DNA of 64,000 nucleotides from Vermamoeba vermiformis (taxonomy: Eukaryota). A program made the position numbers and the translations under genes. The notes beneath the pieces are model-generated. The model made no database searches. It was not told the DNA's origin and saw only the letters and a list, made by a program, of their open reading frames with translations. Location of the stretch: contig JBEWZL010000078.1 of assembly GCA_045837725.1 (NCBI GenBank), forward strand, positions 1-64,000. Direction: 5' to 3'. Positions 1 to 10,600 of this stretch are shown in pieces. How positions within the stretch are numbered: the stretch's first letter is position 1; each line of letters opens with the position of its first letter.

Positions 1-63
1 GAGAGCTCTGACCAGATCTCGATCCCGCTTTTCTGGCCGCAGGGATATTGTGCGTAAATCCTA

Positions 64-230
64 ACTCTTCAGCAATTGCTTCGCGCATAGCTCGTAATTC
101 TTCACCAAGTGCTTCGCCCCGAGCTCGTAATTCTTCATCATATGCTTTGCGTTGAGCTCGTAATTCTTCATTATGTGCTTTGCGCTGAGCTCGTAATTCT
201 TCGTCATGTGCTTTGCGCAACTCTTCGACA
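64..230 (-). repeat. 33-bp coding tandem repeat (about 5 units, EELRAQRKAHD)
   Basis: GCTCGTAATTCTTC recurs at 90, 123, 156 and 189. Confidence 0.9.
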
Positions 231-438
231 AGTGGGGCCATAATTTCCTTCACACGATCTGTAAACGATGAAGTAATTTTCTTCGAAATTATGCATGATA
301 AGCTGGACATACCTTCGAATGGAACATATTCAACGGTGCTTACTTGAAGCTTGCGAAGGCTCTCGTTGCTGAAACATGCGTGTTTGAAAGTTTCAGCCGA
401 GAGCAGAAGAGGTAATTCATTGTCTTCGGGCAAGAAGC

Positions 439-626
439 TGTAATAAAAGTCTTACTTTGTTTATAATGACGTGTGTTGGTTTATTTACTACAAGTGTGTC
501 ATTAATACAAGATTTCGGAACGCTATTTATGGCGGATCCGATTCACATGAATTTTACCAAAATAGGAAAGAATTTCTGGGACGGAGATAACGGCGAAAGG
601 AGCGTAGATCTCACCGTTATATTACA
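439..626 (-). repeat. 3' LTR (188 bp)
   Basis: TGTAATA...TATTACA inverted termini; identical to 6189-6376. Confidence 0.98.
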
Positions 627-638
627 TTTCCCCCCTCT
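627..638 (-). other. Polypurine tract
   Basis: AGAGGGGGGAAA on the minus strand abutting the 3' LTR. Confidence 0.9.
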
Positions 639-647
639 GAGAGAAAG

Positions 648-3600
648 CTACTTGCCGTTTATCTCTACCGCGAACTCCGTGTTGAAATTCGTGGTGATCT
701 GCTGTAAAAGCGAAAGAGCTTTTACACGCGTGTCGAGCTGAGAGATGCGCGTGTTGAAACTACGGTTAAGAGTACTGGAGCGTAGAAAGACAGATCCAGG
801 ACCAAGGAGATCACGTAGTTGATTCTTGAGCGCAGGAAGTGGGTAAGTAGGCAATTCTTCAAAGCGGCGGCGCAGATCAATAAGAGTCTCTGCTAACACT
901 TGTAGAATTGACTTTGAGCGATCCGTTCGTCGAGATGTAGATGGAGCGGATGCTGGAACTGAAGGAGCGGGAATTGAAGGGATAGGCGTGAGGTCATGCG
1001 AGAGGTCTTGAGATGACGATTCAACAGGCTCAGGACTAGGACTTGGAGCGGGTTGTTCCAATTCTGTTGAATTTTCTTCGGGAATTTCATCGGAATATTC
1101 GTGACGTGAAACAAAGGGCTTGATTTGATTGACGTTGACAGTTCGCTTCTTGCGCGAGTTGAGCTCGCGAATGACGTAGCTAAGATCACTGTTTTTACGA
1201 ATTATAATAAACGGACCTTTCCACTTTGGTGCGAACTTGTGTCTTCGTTTTTGAACTTGCATCCAGACCATATCACCAACTCCGTAGCTAAAGTCTCTAC
1301 GTTGTAAGTTGTAATTATGGGCCATGGATTCTTGGGAGTCCTTGATATGTCGTCGAACAATGTCGTACGCGGTCAGAAATTGCTTCGAGATCTCATGAGC
1401 ATAAGAGTTTGGGTCAATGTTGAGATCGTTGGGTTGTAGAATTCCATTCAATAGCGGGGATCGCGCAATTCTTCCGAAGAGGATTTCAAAAGGTGACGCG
1501 TGAGTTGACGTTTGACGTGTAATTCGGTAAGCAAAACAAGCAAACGGAATAAAAGAATTCCAAGTCGTTGCTTTTTCGTTGGTGAAGTGAGAGAGCGTAT
1601 TGACCAGTGTCTTGTTGAATCTCTCTACTTGTCCGTCGGTCTGAGGTCGATAAGGTGCAGTGAAGATCTTGACGGATCCAACGATGTCACAGATCGCGGA
1701 GAGAAGTTCGTTGAGAAACTCTTTTCCGTTGTCTGAGAGAATCTGTCGAGGTGAACCAAAACGGCAGATTATTTCGCTTACTAAGACGTCAGCGACTTCT
1801 TTTGCAGTTTTCGTGCGGATCGGAAAGGCTTCTACCCACTTCGAGAACAGGTCTTGTACGACGAGAATATACTGGTATCCTTCGCGGGTCTTAGGAAGAG
1901 GACCTACGAGATCAACACCAATAATGTCGAACGGTTCGTGAGACTGAAGCGGCTGTAGATCTCCGATTTGTTTGTCGAGTGAGAGCTTTCGCGCATTGCA
2001 AGATTCACACGTCTGGACGTACTGACGTATGTCATCTGCCATGCTGGGCCAATAGAAGTCTTGTCGTACTCGATAGAACATCTTGTTAAAGCCGTAGTGA
2101 CCACCTAGTAGACCATCGTGCGAGTGCTCAAGTACGAGCTTGCGTAGCGGCTCAGGGACTACTAGCTGTCGAATTGTCGATTGGGTCACGGGGTTGTCGA
2201 AGAGGCGATACAAGATATCGTCGTCAACTAGCCATTCACGCTTATACATAAGCGTATAGAATCGTTGAAGATGGTCTCTCGGAAAGGTCTTATGTACGAT
2301 GAAGTCCTTGATATAGTTGATCGAAGGGTCTTCATCTTGAGCCTTTATGAGTTGTTCACATGTCCAAGGCCATGGTGTAGTCGTTGTAGACGCGAGTGCT
2401 GCAACTGGATAACGCGAGAGAGCGTCAGCGTTGGTGTGCTTAGATCCAGCTCGAAACACGACGTCATAATCATAGTCCATCAGCGCGGCTTGCCAGCGGG
2501 CTAAACGACCAGTCGGCTGTCTATTCGTGTGCAAATAAACAAGCGCTTGATGATCAGTGACCACAGTGAACTTTCGACCGAAAAGGTACGGGCGATAGTG
2601 CTCTATGGCTTTGACCATTGCCAATGCCTCTAACTCGGTGATTGAGTAGTTGCGTTCAGCGGGAGAGAGGGACCTTGAATAATAGCTAATAACTCGTTCG
2701 GGAGGACCGGAGATGTTGGCTTGCAATAGTACAGCGCCTATTCCTGTACCAGAAGCATCGGTTGCGAGAATGAAGGGTTGGTTGTAGTCAGGTAAACCAA
2801 GAACGGGTTTAGACGTGAGGATATGCTTGATTGTGTCGAACGCTGACTGAGTTGTAGCATTCCACGTCCAAGACGTGTTTGTCTTGAGTAGATCCGTTAA
2901 CGGTTTTTGAATTTTTGCAATATTCCGCAAGAAGGGACGGTAGAAGTTGACCAAGCCAAGGAAGACTCGTATGTCGTCGGGCTTCGTTGGAGTGGGAAAA
3001 TCCATGACGGCCTTTACTTTCTCGTGCGTGATCGTGACGCCATCGGAGGAGACCTGATGACCCAAAAATGTAATGGATTTTCGCGCGAATTGACACTTTG
3101 TGGGTTTAAGGTATATTCCTGCCGACTTGATACGCTCGAGGACAGTTCGTAAATTCTTCAAATGCTCTTCCCAGGTACGGGAGAAAACGATGATATCGTC
3201 GAGATAACAAAGGCAGATCTCGTACTTAAGTCCTGACAAGATCATGTCCATTGCGCGTTGGAATGTCATCGGAGCATTTACGAGGCCAAAGGGCATCACC
3301 TTGAATTGATAAAGACCGCGGTGTGTGACGAAGGCAGTCTTTTCTACGTCGTCTGGGTGCATCATGATTTGCCAGTATCCAGAGACGCAGTCCATGGTCG
3401 AAAACCAGACCATGCCAGAGAGAGAATCGAGAGTATGGTCCAAACGAGGCAACGGGTACATGTCGTGCACTGTTGTCTTGTTGAGACGCCAATAGTCAAT
3501 GCAAAAACGGATAGAGCTGTCTTTCTTTCGCACTAAGACCACGGGTGAGGACCAAGGTGAAGCTGAGGGTTCAATGACGCCTGACGCAAGCATCTCGTCA

Positions 3601-4691
3601 ATAGCGTCACTCTCGATCTTGCGCTCAGTAGGACCAAAAACATAAGGCTGAGACTGGACACGATGAGCGTGAGGTTCGGTGATGATGCGATGTTTGACGT
3701 TAGTTTGAATTACGTCAGTCGAATGGATCTTGTTCAAAAATCTATCGCGATAATCCAGAAGGACCTTCTTGATCTGGATCAATTGCTCGGGACTGAGACT
3801 ATTGTCGAAGGAGAATTGAGAGAGAAATTGCTCCTCGGTGTCGGGTGACGGATTGACAGGTGTCAATGTTGAAATGAGATTCACGGAATTATAGAGTACG
3901 GGATTGAGCTCGCCAATAACGGTTCCTTTCTTGAGAGTGATAGGAAACATCGTGCTATTGACCAAATTCAGCATAATAAGACCATCAGAAGAGACACTGT
4001 CGATAGTACACGCGCTTCGTATCGAAGTTTCGTGTTGTAGATCAGGTGATGGGACCATAATAGCTACAGTATCGGGTCGTAGCGAGACAGCGATGGGATT
4101 GATATAGGCCGTGAATGGTTTAAACTCCAAGTCACGATCTAACACAACTCGTTGTCGGTTGAAGAAAATGTCTCTCTTGTCATATGTGATTCGGACCTTG
4201 CCGTGACTGGTCTTCACATAACTGCCGCCGAGGCTAACATTAGCATTAACCTTGCCCATGAGATCATTCCCGATGAGAAGATCAACTGCGGAGTTATGTA
4301 CAATGCCGAAAGGCCAAGTAATGCGAACACCAGCGAAACAGACCTCGATGTACGCGACGGTCTTGATGTTCAGTGGGAAGCGATTTAATCCAGAGAGTGA
4401 ATCACCATGAAATGAAGTAACGCGGACTTTGCCTAATTTGTCGAGGAAGTCGCGAGATACACAGGACCGACCAGCGCCAGTGTCGAACATGGCCATGACC
4501 TCATGTGAGTTAGCGGTCACGGGACCAAAAACAGGCGTTTTAGAGTCGTCCTGACCTTCATTCGGGTCTGGAGTAACAGTGGTTGGTGGGTTTGGAGCGG
4601 GAGGTAGAACAACCACATTGTCCACGTGTGGTTGAGCGTTAACTGACTCTGAGGGCTTAGGTCGCGGAGGCGAGTCAACTCGGACCTGCAT
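648..4691 (-). CDS. pol: Pol polyprotein (aspartic protease, RT, RNase H, integrase)
   Basis: FDTGA protease motif; YLDD RT motif; TDAS RNase H; H..GH..CESC zinc finger; DLVGP/SDNG/GQVER DDE triad; WKGPF motif. Confidence 0.97.
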   Translation of the reverse strand: MQVRVDSPPRPKPSESVNAQPHVDNVVVLPPAPNPPTTVTPDPNEGQDDSKTPVFGPVTANSHEVMAMFDTGAGRSCVSRDFLDKLGKVRVTSFHGDSLSGLNRFPLNIKTVAYIEVCFAGVRITWPFGIVHNSAVDLLIGNDLMGKVNANVSLGGSYVKTSHGKVRITYDKRDIFFNRQRVVLDRDLEFKPFTAYINPIAVSLRPDTVAIMVPSPDLQHETSIRSACTIDSVSSDGLIMLNLVNSTMFPITLKKGTVIGELNPVLYNSVNLISTLTPVNPSPDTEEQFLSQFSFDNSLSPEQLIQIKKVLLDYRDRFLNKIHSTDVIQTNVKHRIITEPHAHRVQSQPYVFGPTERKIESDAIDEMLASGVIEPSASPWSSPVVLVRKKDSSIRFCIDYWRLNKTTVHDMYPLPRLDHTLDSLSGMVWFSTMDCVSGYWQIMMHPDDVEKTAFVTHRGLYQFKVMPFGLVNAPMTFQRAMDMILSGLKYEICLCYLDDIIVFSRTWEEHLKNLRTVLERIKSAGIYLKPTKCQFARKSITFLGHQVSSDGVTITHEKVKAVMDFPTPTKPDDIRVFLGLVNFYRPFLRNIAKIQKPLTDLLKTNTSWTWNATTQSAFDTIKHILTSKPVLGLPDYNQPFILATDASGTGIGAVLLQANISGPPERVISYYSRSLSPAERNYSITELEALAMVKAIEHYRPYLFGRKFTVVTDHQALVYLHTNRQPTGRLARWQAALMDYDYDVVFRAGSKHTNADALSRYPVAALASTTTTPWPWTCEQLIKAQDEDPSINYIKDFIVHKTFPRDHLQRFYTLMYKREWLVDDDILYRLFDNPVTQSTIRQLVVPEPLRKLVLEHSHDGLLGGHYGFNKMFYRVRQDFYWPSMADDIRQYVQTCESCNARKLSLDKQIGDLQPLQSHEPFDIIGVDLVGPLPKTREGYQYILVVQDLFSKWVEAFPIRTKTAKEVADVLVSEIICRFGSPRQILSDNGKEFLNELLSAICDIVGSVKIFTAPYRPQTDGQVERFNKTLVNTLSHFTNEKATTWNSFIPFACFAYRITRQTSTHASPFEILFGRIARSPLLNGILQPNDLNIDPNSYAHEISKQFLTAYDIVRRHIKDSQESMAHNYNLQRRDFSYGVGDMVWMQVQKRRHKFAPKWKGPFIIIRKNSDLSYVIRELNSRKKRTVNVNQIKPFVSRHEYSDEIPEENSTELEQPAPSPSPEPVESSSQDLSHDLTPIPSIPAPSVPASAPSTSRRTDRSKSILQVLAETLIDLRRRFEELPTYPLPALKNQLRDLLGPGSVFLRSSTLNRSFNTRISQLDTRVKALSLLQQITTNFNTEFAVEINGK

Positions 4692-6152
4692 TATTTTTTT
4701 GCATGGTATTTATGAGTGGCCTCTTGCGCTTGACCTTGCCTCTTGCCAGAGAGCTGTTGCTTTTGGGCCTTGCATTCGCTGTCGTTGTGCGAACTGACTT
4801 TGTGGAACGTGCACCATTTCGCGGGAGCGGAGCCCTGCGAGACTCGGGCCAAATTGTTCATGTTAGCTTCGAGTGATGCAAGGCGATCAAGCACCTCATT
4901 AAAGCGATTGTAGCGTTGCTCAAAGAGTGCGTTGATTGAAGAAACTGGGAGTGACGGTTCAGACACTTCAGCTGCAATTGTCACGGGAGCTGGTGCTGGA
5001 CGACGAGTCTTGTCATAATCCATCAGGGTAATCAAAGCTTTCTCAAAGTCTTTGATATCCTTGCGTCGCAGTTCTTCGTTGTACTCGTCACGGAGACTGA
5101 AGCGTAAGAGCAAGAATCGGTCTGATGCGTTGAGAGTACGGAAATTTGCCATCTGACGGTTGAGATATTGACGGAAATTCTCTTCAGGGAGCTGAGGGTG
5201 ACGAATGATGTTCTGATGTTGAGCAAGAACATCTGTCTGAGTTTTCCCGTAGAGTGATGTCAGACGATCGACAAGTTTCTCTTGAGTGTCGGTCTCTTTA
5301 GGCGGGAACAAGCCTATAAAGTCCGCTGCTGGAGGCCTGAGGCGATTCTTCATCACGTAATAGATGTAGTCCGTGCCCCAATTTGCGGCTTGAGCTGCGC
5401 TGTAGATCTGGTCGAACCACGCTTCGAGAGTGATAGAGCCATCACCCTTAAAGTCATCTACGGAGCTTGGGAGACTGAGTCGAATCATTGGCTTCGAAGC
5501 GTCGTGCTCGTGGCTTTGGAAATATCGTTGAAAATTCGAACCCCCGTCGGGGTTATTTCCGACATCGTCATCGCCGGAGGAAGGATCACCATCTCCTGGC
5601 TGATCACCACGTTTAGGAGGGCTTGGCGCCCTGCGCGTTCTAAAGCGTCTACCACCGGTCTTGTTGCCCCCCGGAGCCTGACCACCAGCTGCAGACTGGC
5701 TGCCTGACTCGGGTTGCTTACCGGGTGGAGGTACATCGCCAGACTTCTCCTTGGGCTGTTCCGGAGTTGTAGTCTGTTCCTTCTTCTCAGAAGAGTCAGA
5801 AGGCTGCTTCTGTTCAGAAGAACTCGCGGCTTGTGAAGCGTCGCCGGTCTCGTCGAAGAGGAGCGAGAGTTTTGGCCTCTTCTCCGTTTTCTCCTTCTCA
5901 GACTTGGGAGAATTGTTGTTATTAGGTCCAAGCACAGGCGCGGGGCTTGGTGCTGGACTGGAAGGGACAGAATCACTCGGCATGGGTACATCCGGTGATT
6001 CGCTGACTAGATCTCGGTCAGAAATTTCCACGACAACAAATATAACGGAGGAACTCACTTGTAGTCACGTCAAAAGTAGACTCTCTTCTAGGGTCTAGCC
6101 CATTCTTTTTACGCGCTGACTCGTTGACAGATTTGCCGAATTCTTCAGCCAT
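4691..6152 (-). CDS. gag: Gag, predicted join(6152-6059, 6006-4691), 469 aa
   Basis: Capsid-like segment FKGDGSITLEAWF; CX2HX4HX4C knuckle WCTFHKVSSHNDSEC; upstream ATG exon joins in frame through a 52-nt GTGAGT..CTGAC..TAG intron. Confidence 0.85.
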
Positions 6153-6175
6153 GTCTGCGAGCGGTACGTTAAACA

Positions 6176-6186
6176 CGGTGTCGCCA
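6176..6186 (-). other. Primer binding site
   Basis: TGGCGACACCG 2 nt inside the 5' LTR, complementary to a tRNA ending GGUGUCG-CCA (G discriminator, so Ser or Arg type). Confidence 0.8.
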
Positions 6187-6188
6187 AA

Positions 6189-6376
6189 TGTAATAAAAGT
6201 CTTACTTTGTTTATAATGACGTGTGTTGGTTTATTTACTACAAGTGTGTCATTAATACAAGATTTCGGAACGCTATTTATGGCGGATCCGATTCACATGA
6301 ATTTTACCAAAATAGGAAAGAATTTCTGGGACGGAGATAACGGCGAAAGGAGCGTAGATCTCACCGTTATATTACA
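6189..6376 (-). repeat. 5' LTR (188 bp)
   Basis: Identical to 439-626. Confidence 0.98.
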
Positions 6377-6879
6377 AAGCCAATGGTGTAAGTGTCTTTT
6401 ACTTTTAAATAACTCATTTGTGGTTAATTGGTTGTAAACTAGTTGAAATTGCCGCCTGTTTTGTCTTTTTTTTCTTTTAAACGTAGCGCTCTTCACTGAT
6501 TGGTCTAATGCATTGTTTTCCGGATTTTAGGATACACAACTAGCCGTTACACTCATATTCAGCTGCAGCCTTATCAAAGCTTTGATGACGCTGTGACTAG
6601 ACTCGGATCTGAAGATCCTGTCGAACGTTACCTGCTTGGCGTACTTTGTTTTTTGGTAGAATTTAGCTTAGATGCACTACGTAATTGCATGACATTATTT
6701 CTCAAGGTAGAGTTTGAGATTGGTAGAGTCGGCACTTCAACTTTGCATCTTGCGGCAGATCGAGAATTATATTTTACTCAAACAAAAATTAGCCTTTCAA
6801 TTTAAATATTAACGATTAAAATATGCCCTACTACTAAGTAATAATGATATTTATTCAATTTAACGATCATTATGCTTAA

Positions 6880-7440
6880 TCAGAAATTTGTACCGGCTTC
6901 ACCTGTGCTTAATAACAACGCCGCTAAGAATCTAAATAGAGTTGGTAGACCTGATATTTCAGACCCCATTTTGAACGCCTCGGGCAACATAGTCTTCACT
7001 ATAACAACCAACATGGCTCCTCCAGCCAAGCCCTAATAACAATAAAATGAAAGAGCTCTATCAGTGCTTAATTTAGTACTAATACTAGTCTAAGACCCAA
7101 GACTGATCTCTTTGAATATTAAACGTTCTACTTGCTTCAATTCCTTTCATGACTAGGAACACTGCATACATTAATTCACCGCGGAATATTAACGAGCCAA
7201 CCGCTGCACCAACGCCCGTGGCAGCAGTGATAGTAGCCCACATCAACAATATACGAGCCTTGCTTAGTCATGCTAGCATCAGGATCGAGGATGACAGCGC
7301 CTCGGGGAAATTCGCGAGAAATGCTCCGGCGATGAAAGTGACGCTAATGCCCGAGGTCGAGGTCACTAACGAACCAATCACCAAGCTCTCAGGCACTGCA
7401 TCGATGAGTAGTCCGACACCCCGTTGTATTTCTTGCGGAA
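6880..7440 (-). pseudogene. ZIP-family (ZupT/GufA-like) metal transporter, C-terminal fragment
   Basis: LIDAVPESLVIG, ANFPEA and GLAGGAML..TMLPEAF motifs; in-frame TGA at 7268-7270; no N-terminal half found; GC-AG intron 7135-7033. Confidence 0.7.
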
Positions 7441-7653
7441 AGGTGCAGTTGAGTTGACCGAATTTGACCAAAAGTAAGCATTCGTATACAATTATTTTAT
7501 TGACGCGTGACATCCTAGTCAGTTAGAGCTTGATAAACGAGTCATAAACGTCCGAGAACTCGATTGCGCATAATTGCGGAGGTGTGAAATTTCAGCCTTT
7601 TAAGTGACATCTGCATAACACTCACCTTTTTTAACAAGAGTAATTGAGTTCAT

Positions 7654-10600
7654 TTAGTAGTAGTATTGGTTCTTAATGAAATTCGAATCAAATGTGCACT
7701 TCAAGGCAGTTCTGGCCTTGACTGCAGCTTTCAAGAGCTCCAGTTGTTCGTCAGTGACGGTCAAAGCCTGACGCGACCAAGGCGTTGCAAAGGTACCCAC
7801 ACTAGTCAGCGTCGTATTATTGGCAAGAAGGTCCATGAGGCACTGGTACTCTCCAAAGGCAGCTATCTTCATTGACGCCTTAAAGCTGGTCATGATTTTG
7901 TTGTCGCACAGTGCCATGAGAATTCTTTGCACGTGAGTGTGTTCAAAAATTCGATCATAAAAGCTAGCTTGGACCAAACTACAGTCCTCACGTTCAATCC
8001 ACTGCGTCAGCAATTCACGCAATTCTTCATCAACTTTTTGATGCGTTCGGATACTGTCCAGGTTGATCGTTCGTAGTGATTTGTTGTTTAAGAGGCCACG
8101 TGCAATTCTTCACTCTCGCAAGTACTCCGCATGTTCTGCAGTACAATCGGTCAAGATGACTTTGATTTTTTCAAGCTGTCTTGTCACGGTTAAGAACGAC
8201 AAGTCTTTTGTTCAAAATGTGTCAATCTCTCGTAATGTTGGAATTCTCAGAACTCGTGCTATTTGTTCTTCTTTGAATAACGCGCGAAGGTTGCTAATTA
8301 CCTTCAGCGAAGGGTTTTGCTGCAAACTGGTAACGATGAACTCCATCAATTCGTCATCTAGCGCATGAATAAAGTGCTTCTTATTGTCTTGAATCACCTC
8401 TCGTTGTCCGATATCAAAGAAATTAATTTCTTCGATCGTTTTCGACGTGATAATTCCACGCAATAAAATTACCCCGGGCACATTGAAGGATGACCCAGCG
8501 TACTTCGAACCCAATTTGAACTTCTTCAGGCCATTAGCCTTGGTGCACAAATGGCTGATTGAGTTGGCTAATCGAACATCCGAGAATGGGATCATGAAGA
8601 GCGTTTCTAACGGAGCTTTTGTCTGCAATAACGCCTCTGCAAAGTTGACGAGATTGGGTGTTGGACCGTGAAATACTTCGCCGTCGTCACCGCCAATCTT
8701 GAGCGTCTTCAATCTGCACTCAGGGTGCAATAGCAGCTGTGCCAAAAAATCGTAAAGCTGTGTGGTGACGCAAGCCAGACTGAGCTCTTCGAGTGCTGAA
8801 TAGCCAATCAATGACTTGACTATCGCTTCTTCAAGCGGTACTGGTGCCTCTCTCCCATTGCATAATTTGACACTTTTGACATGTCGATCGAGTGCCAAGT
8901 ACTCGCAGATCTTATTCGCTAGTGATTCGACAGCGGGTTTGTTTAGGTCTTTGTAGGCTCTATAAGAACTTAATGCTTGGCCACAATTTCCTTTCGTTAA
9001 ATCGATGCTTGGTAGACTTTGTCCAGTCTTCAAGTACTGTTCTTTCCACGCATCAATCTGCACTCCAACAAGCTGGTAACGGAATGACAGCTCTTTGTCG
9101 CCTTTCACGAACTCCATTGGATTGTCTTTCAACAGTTCGTAGAATGATGTCATGAGAGAGCGGTCTCCTCCGTCTAAAGTTTCGATGTACGTTTTGAAAT
9201 GTTCGGGGGACATCTTGCCTGAGCCGTCAGTCTCGACGATCACGTGACTGAATGATGGTTCAAGCCACGGATACTTCGTGTCAAGTTCATTTGTGCCACT
9301 AACAATTCTGCTCGAGACAAGACCACATTTGAGCTCAAAGTGCCGTTCTGTTTCGATGTTTTTCCACTTGACAGTTGAGATGTGAGCTTTGTAGTTGTAA
9401 AAATCATTGCCCGAGTACGTTGTGTGCCCATCCTTTCTAACAGCCTCGTGCTCTACGTAAAACATCGCAATCCACCCAGTGACCACAGCCATGTGACCGC
9501 TCTGACAGTCGTCAATGTAAAACATGTCTTTCCAGAACGATGGGTCTCTTGTCGTGTAAATCTTGCGTACTTGTGACTCGATCTTCGAGAGATACGTGCT
9601 CAACTTCTTGGTCGTGGTGGTGTCTTGACTGAACACTTCAGTACGCATGCGATGAACTTTTTGTTCGATCATTTGCCAGTCTTCTTTCGTGCCAAGGACC
9701 TTGATGCGCGGAATGCCACAGCGTCCAGAAACGTAGTAATAGTACACGGACATTGCTTCACAGAAAGCAGACTGAATGGCGAGTTGCGAGTCTGCTGTGC
9801 TGCTGGTGAAGTTCGCAGTGAAAATACTCGTGTCGATTGGCACGTTCTTCGCGATACCTATTATGTATTCTTAGAGGCTGCTACAGACTACAGTTACTAA
9901 GTAAAACTATGGCTTACCGTGTATTAACTGAGTAACATCGATGTGCTCAACACCGTGAGTCAGCGACATAATCTCTCTCTGTTCAGTCGAGTCAGTGAAC
10001 AAGTGTCGATACGAGTCTGGATCACCCAAGATCACATCTGCAATCTCGCACAAGATCGTGAAGAAAATAATGTCCGGTGACAACACCACTGAGAAGTGAT
10101 TTGACCATGCGAGAGTGAGGTAGTGAAGGAAGTTCTTGTGAATGCGCACTGTGTCTGATGGCTCGGGGACGGTGTTGGACACAATGGTCTTGGGGTCGAT
10201 GAGCGGGAATAATGACTTGAAGTCTGCAGGGATTTCTTTGTAGCTTTGAATATCGTCCAACTTGACAGCTTCAAGCTTGGTGTCCACGAGGATTGGCTCG
10301 GCGCTGAACTCATCAACGGCTGTATTAGGGTGCTATAACGTGTTAATTAAGCCCTATATTATTAATAATGCTTGACTTACCTTGATAGCGGCCAGCAGCA
10401 CTTTGGCCCGTTCGATGATGCCGGTCATGATCTGTTGACTTCGTGCGGTCTTAATGCCCGTAATGTCAATGACGCACACCTTTCCATTGCTCATGCAACA
10501 GTAGATCTTGTCGCCCAGCAAGGTTGCCACACGAATGAAGAGGCCTTTAGTGGCGTCATCTTCGTTGATGGCATGCTCTTTCCAAGCAAAGGTTCGCAAG

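Larger units (their letters stand above)
439..6376 (-). mobile_element. Full-length Ty3/Gypsy LTR retrotransposon
   Basis: Two identical LTRs, AAGC TSD (435-438 and 6377-6380), PBS, PPT, gag and pol in the order PR-RT-RH-IN. Confidence 0.98.
1..6417 (-). pseudogene. Host gene with 11-aa coiled-coil repeats, interrupted in exon 1 by the LTR retrotransposon; continues past the window start
   Basis: Removing the element and one TSD copy restores a continuous frame from ATG 6417: MSYLKVKDTYTIG|FLPEDNELPLLLSAETFKHACF..., probable GT-AG intron 312-259, then EELRAQRKAHD-type repeats. Confidence 0.75.

Noticed and set aside
64-230. Regularly spaced repeats resembling a CRISPR array
   Set aside because: The 33-nt period is in frame, the intervening parts are homologous to each other, and the context is a eukaryotic coding exon
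457-741. Plus-strand ORFs starting in both LTRs (also 6207-6437)
   Set aside because: Antisense, TTG-initiated, and duplicated only because the LTR is duplicated
3890-4150. dUTPase-like segment between protease and RT
   Set aside because: Catalytic dUTPase motifs are not visible, and similar spacers are common in Gypsy pol
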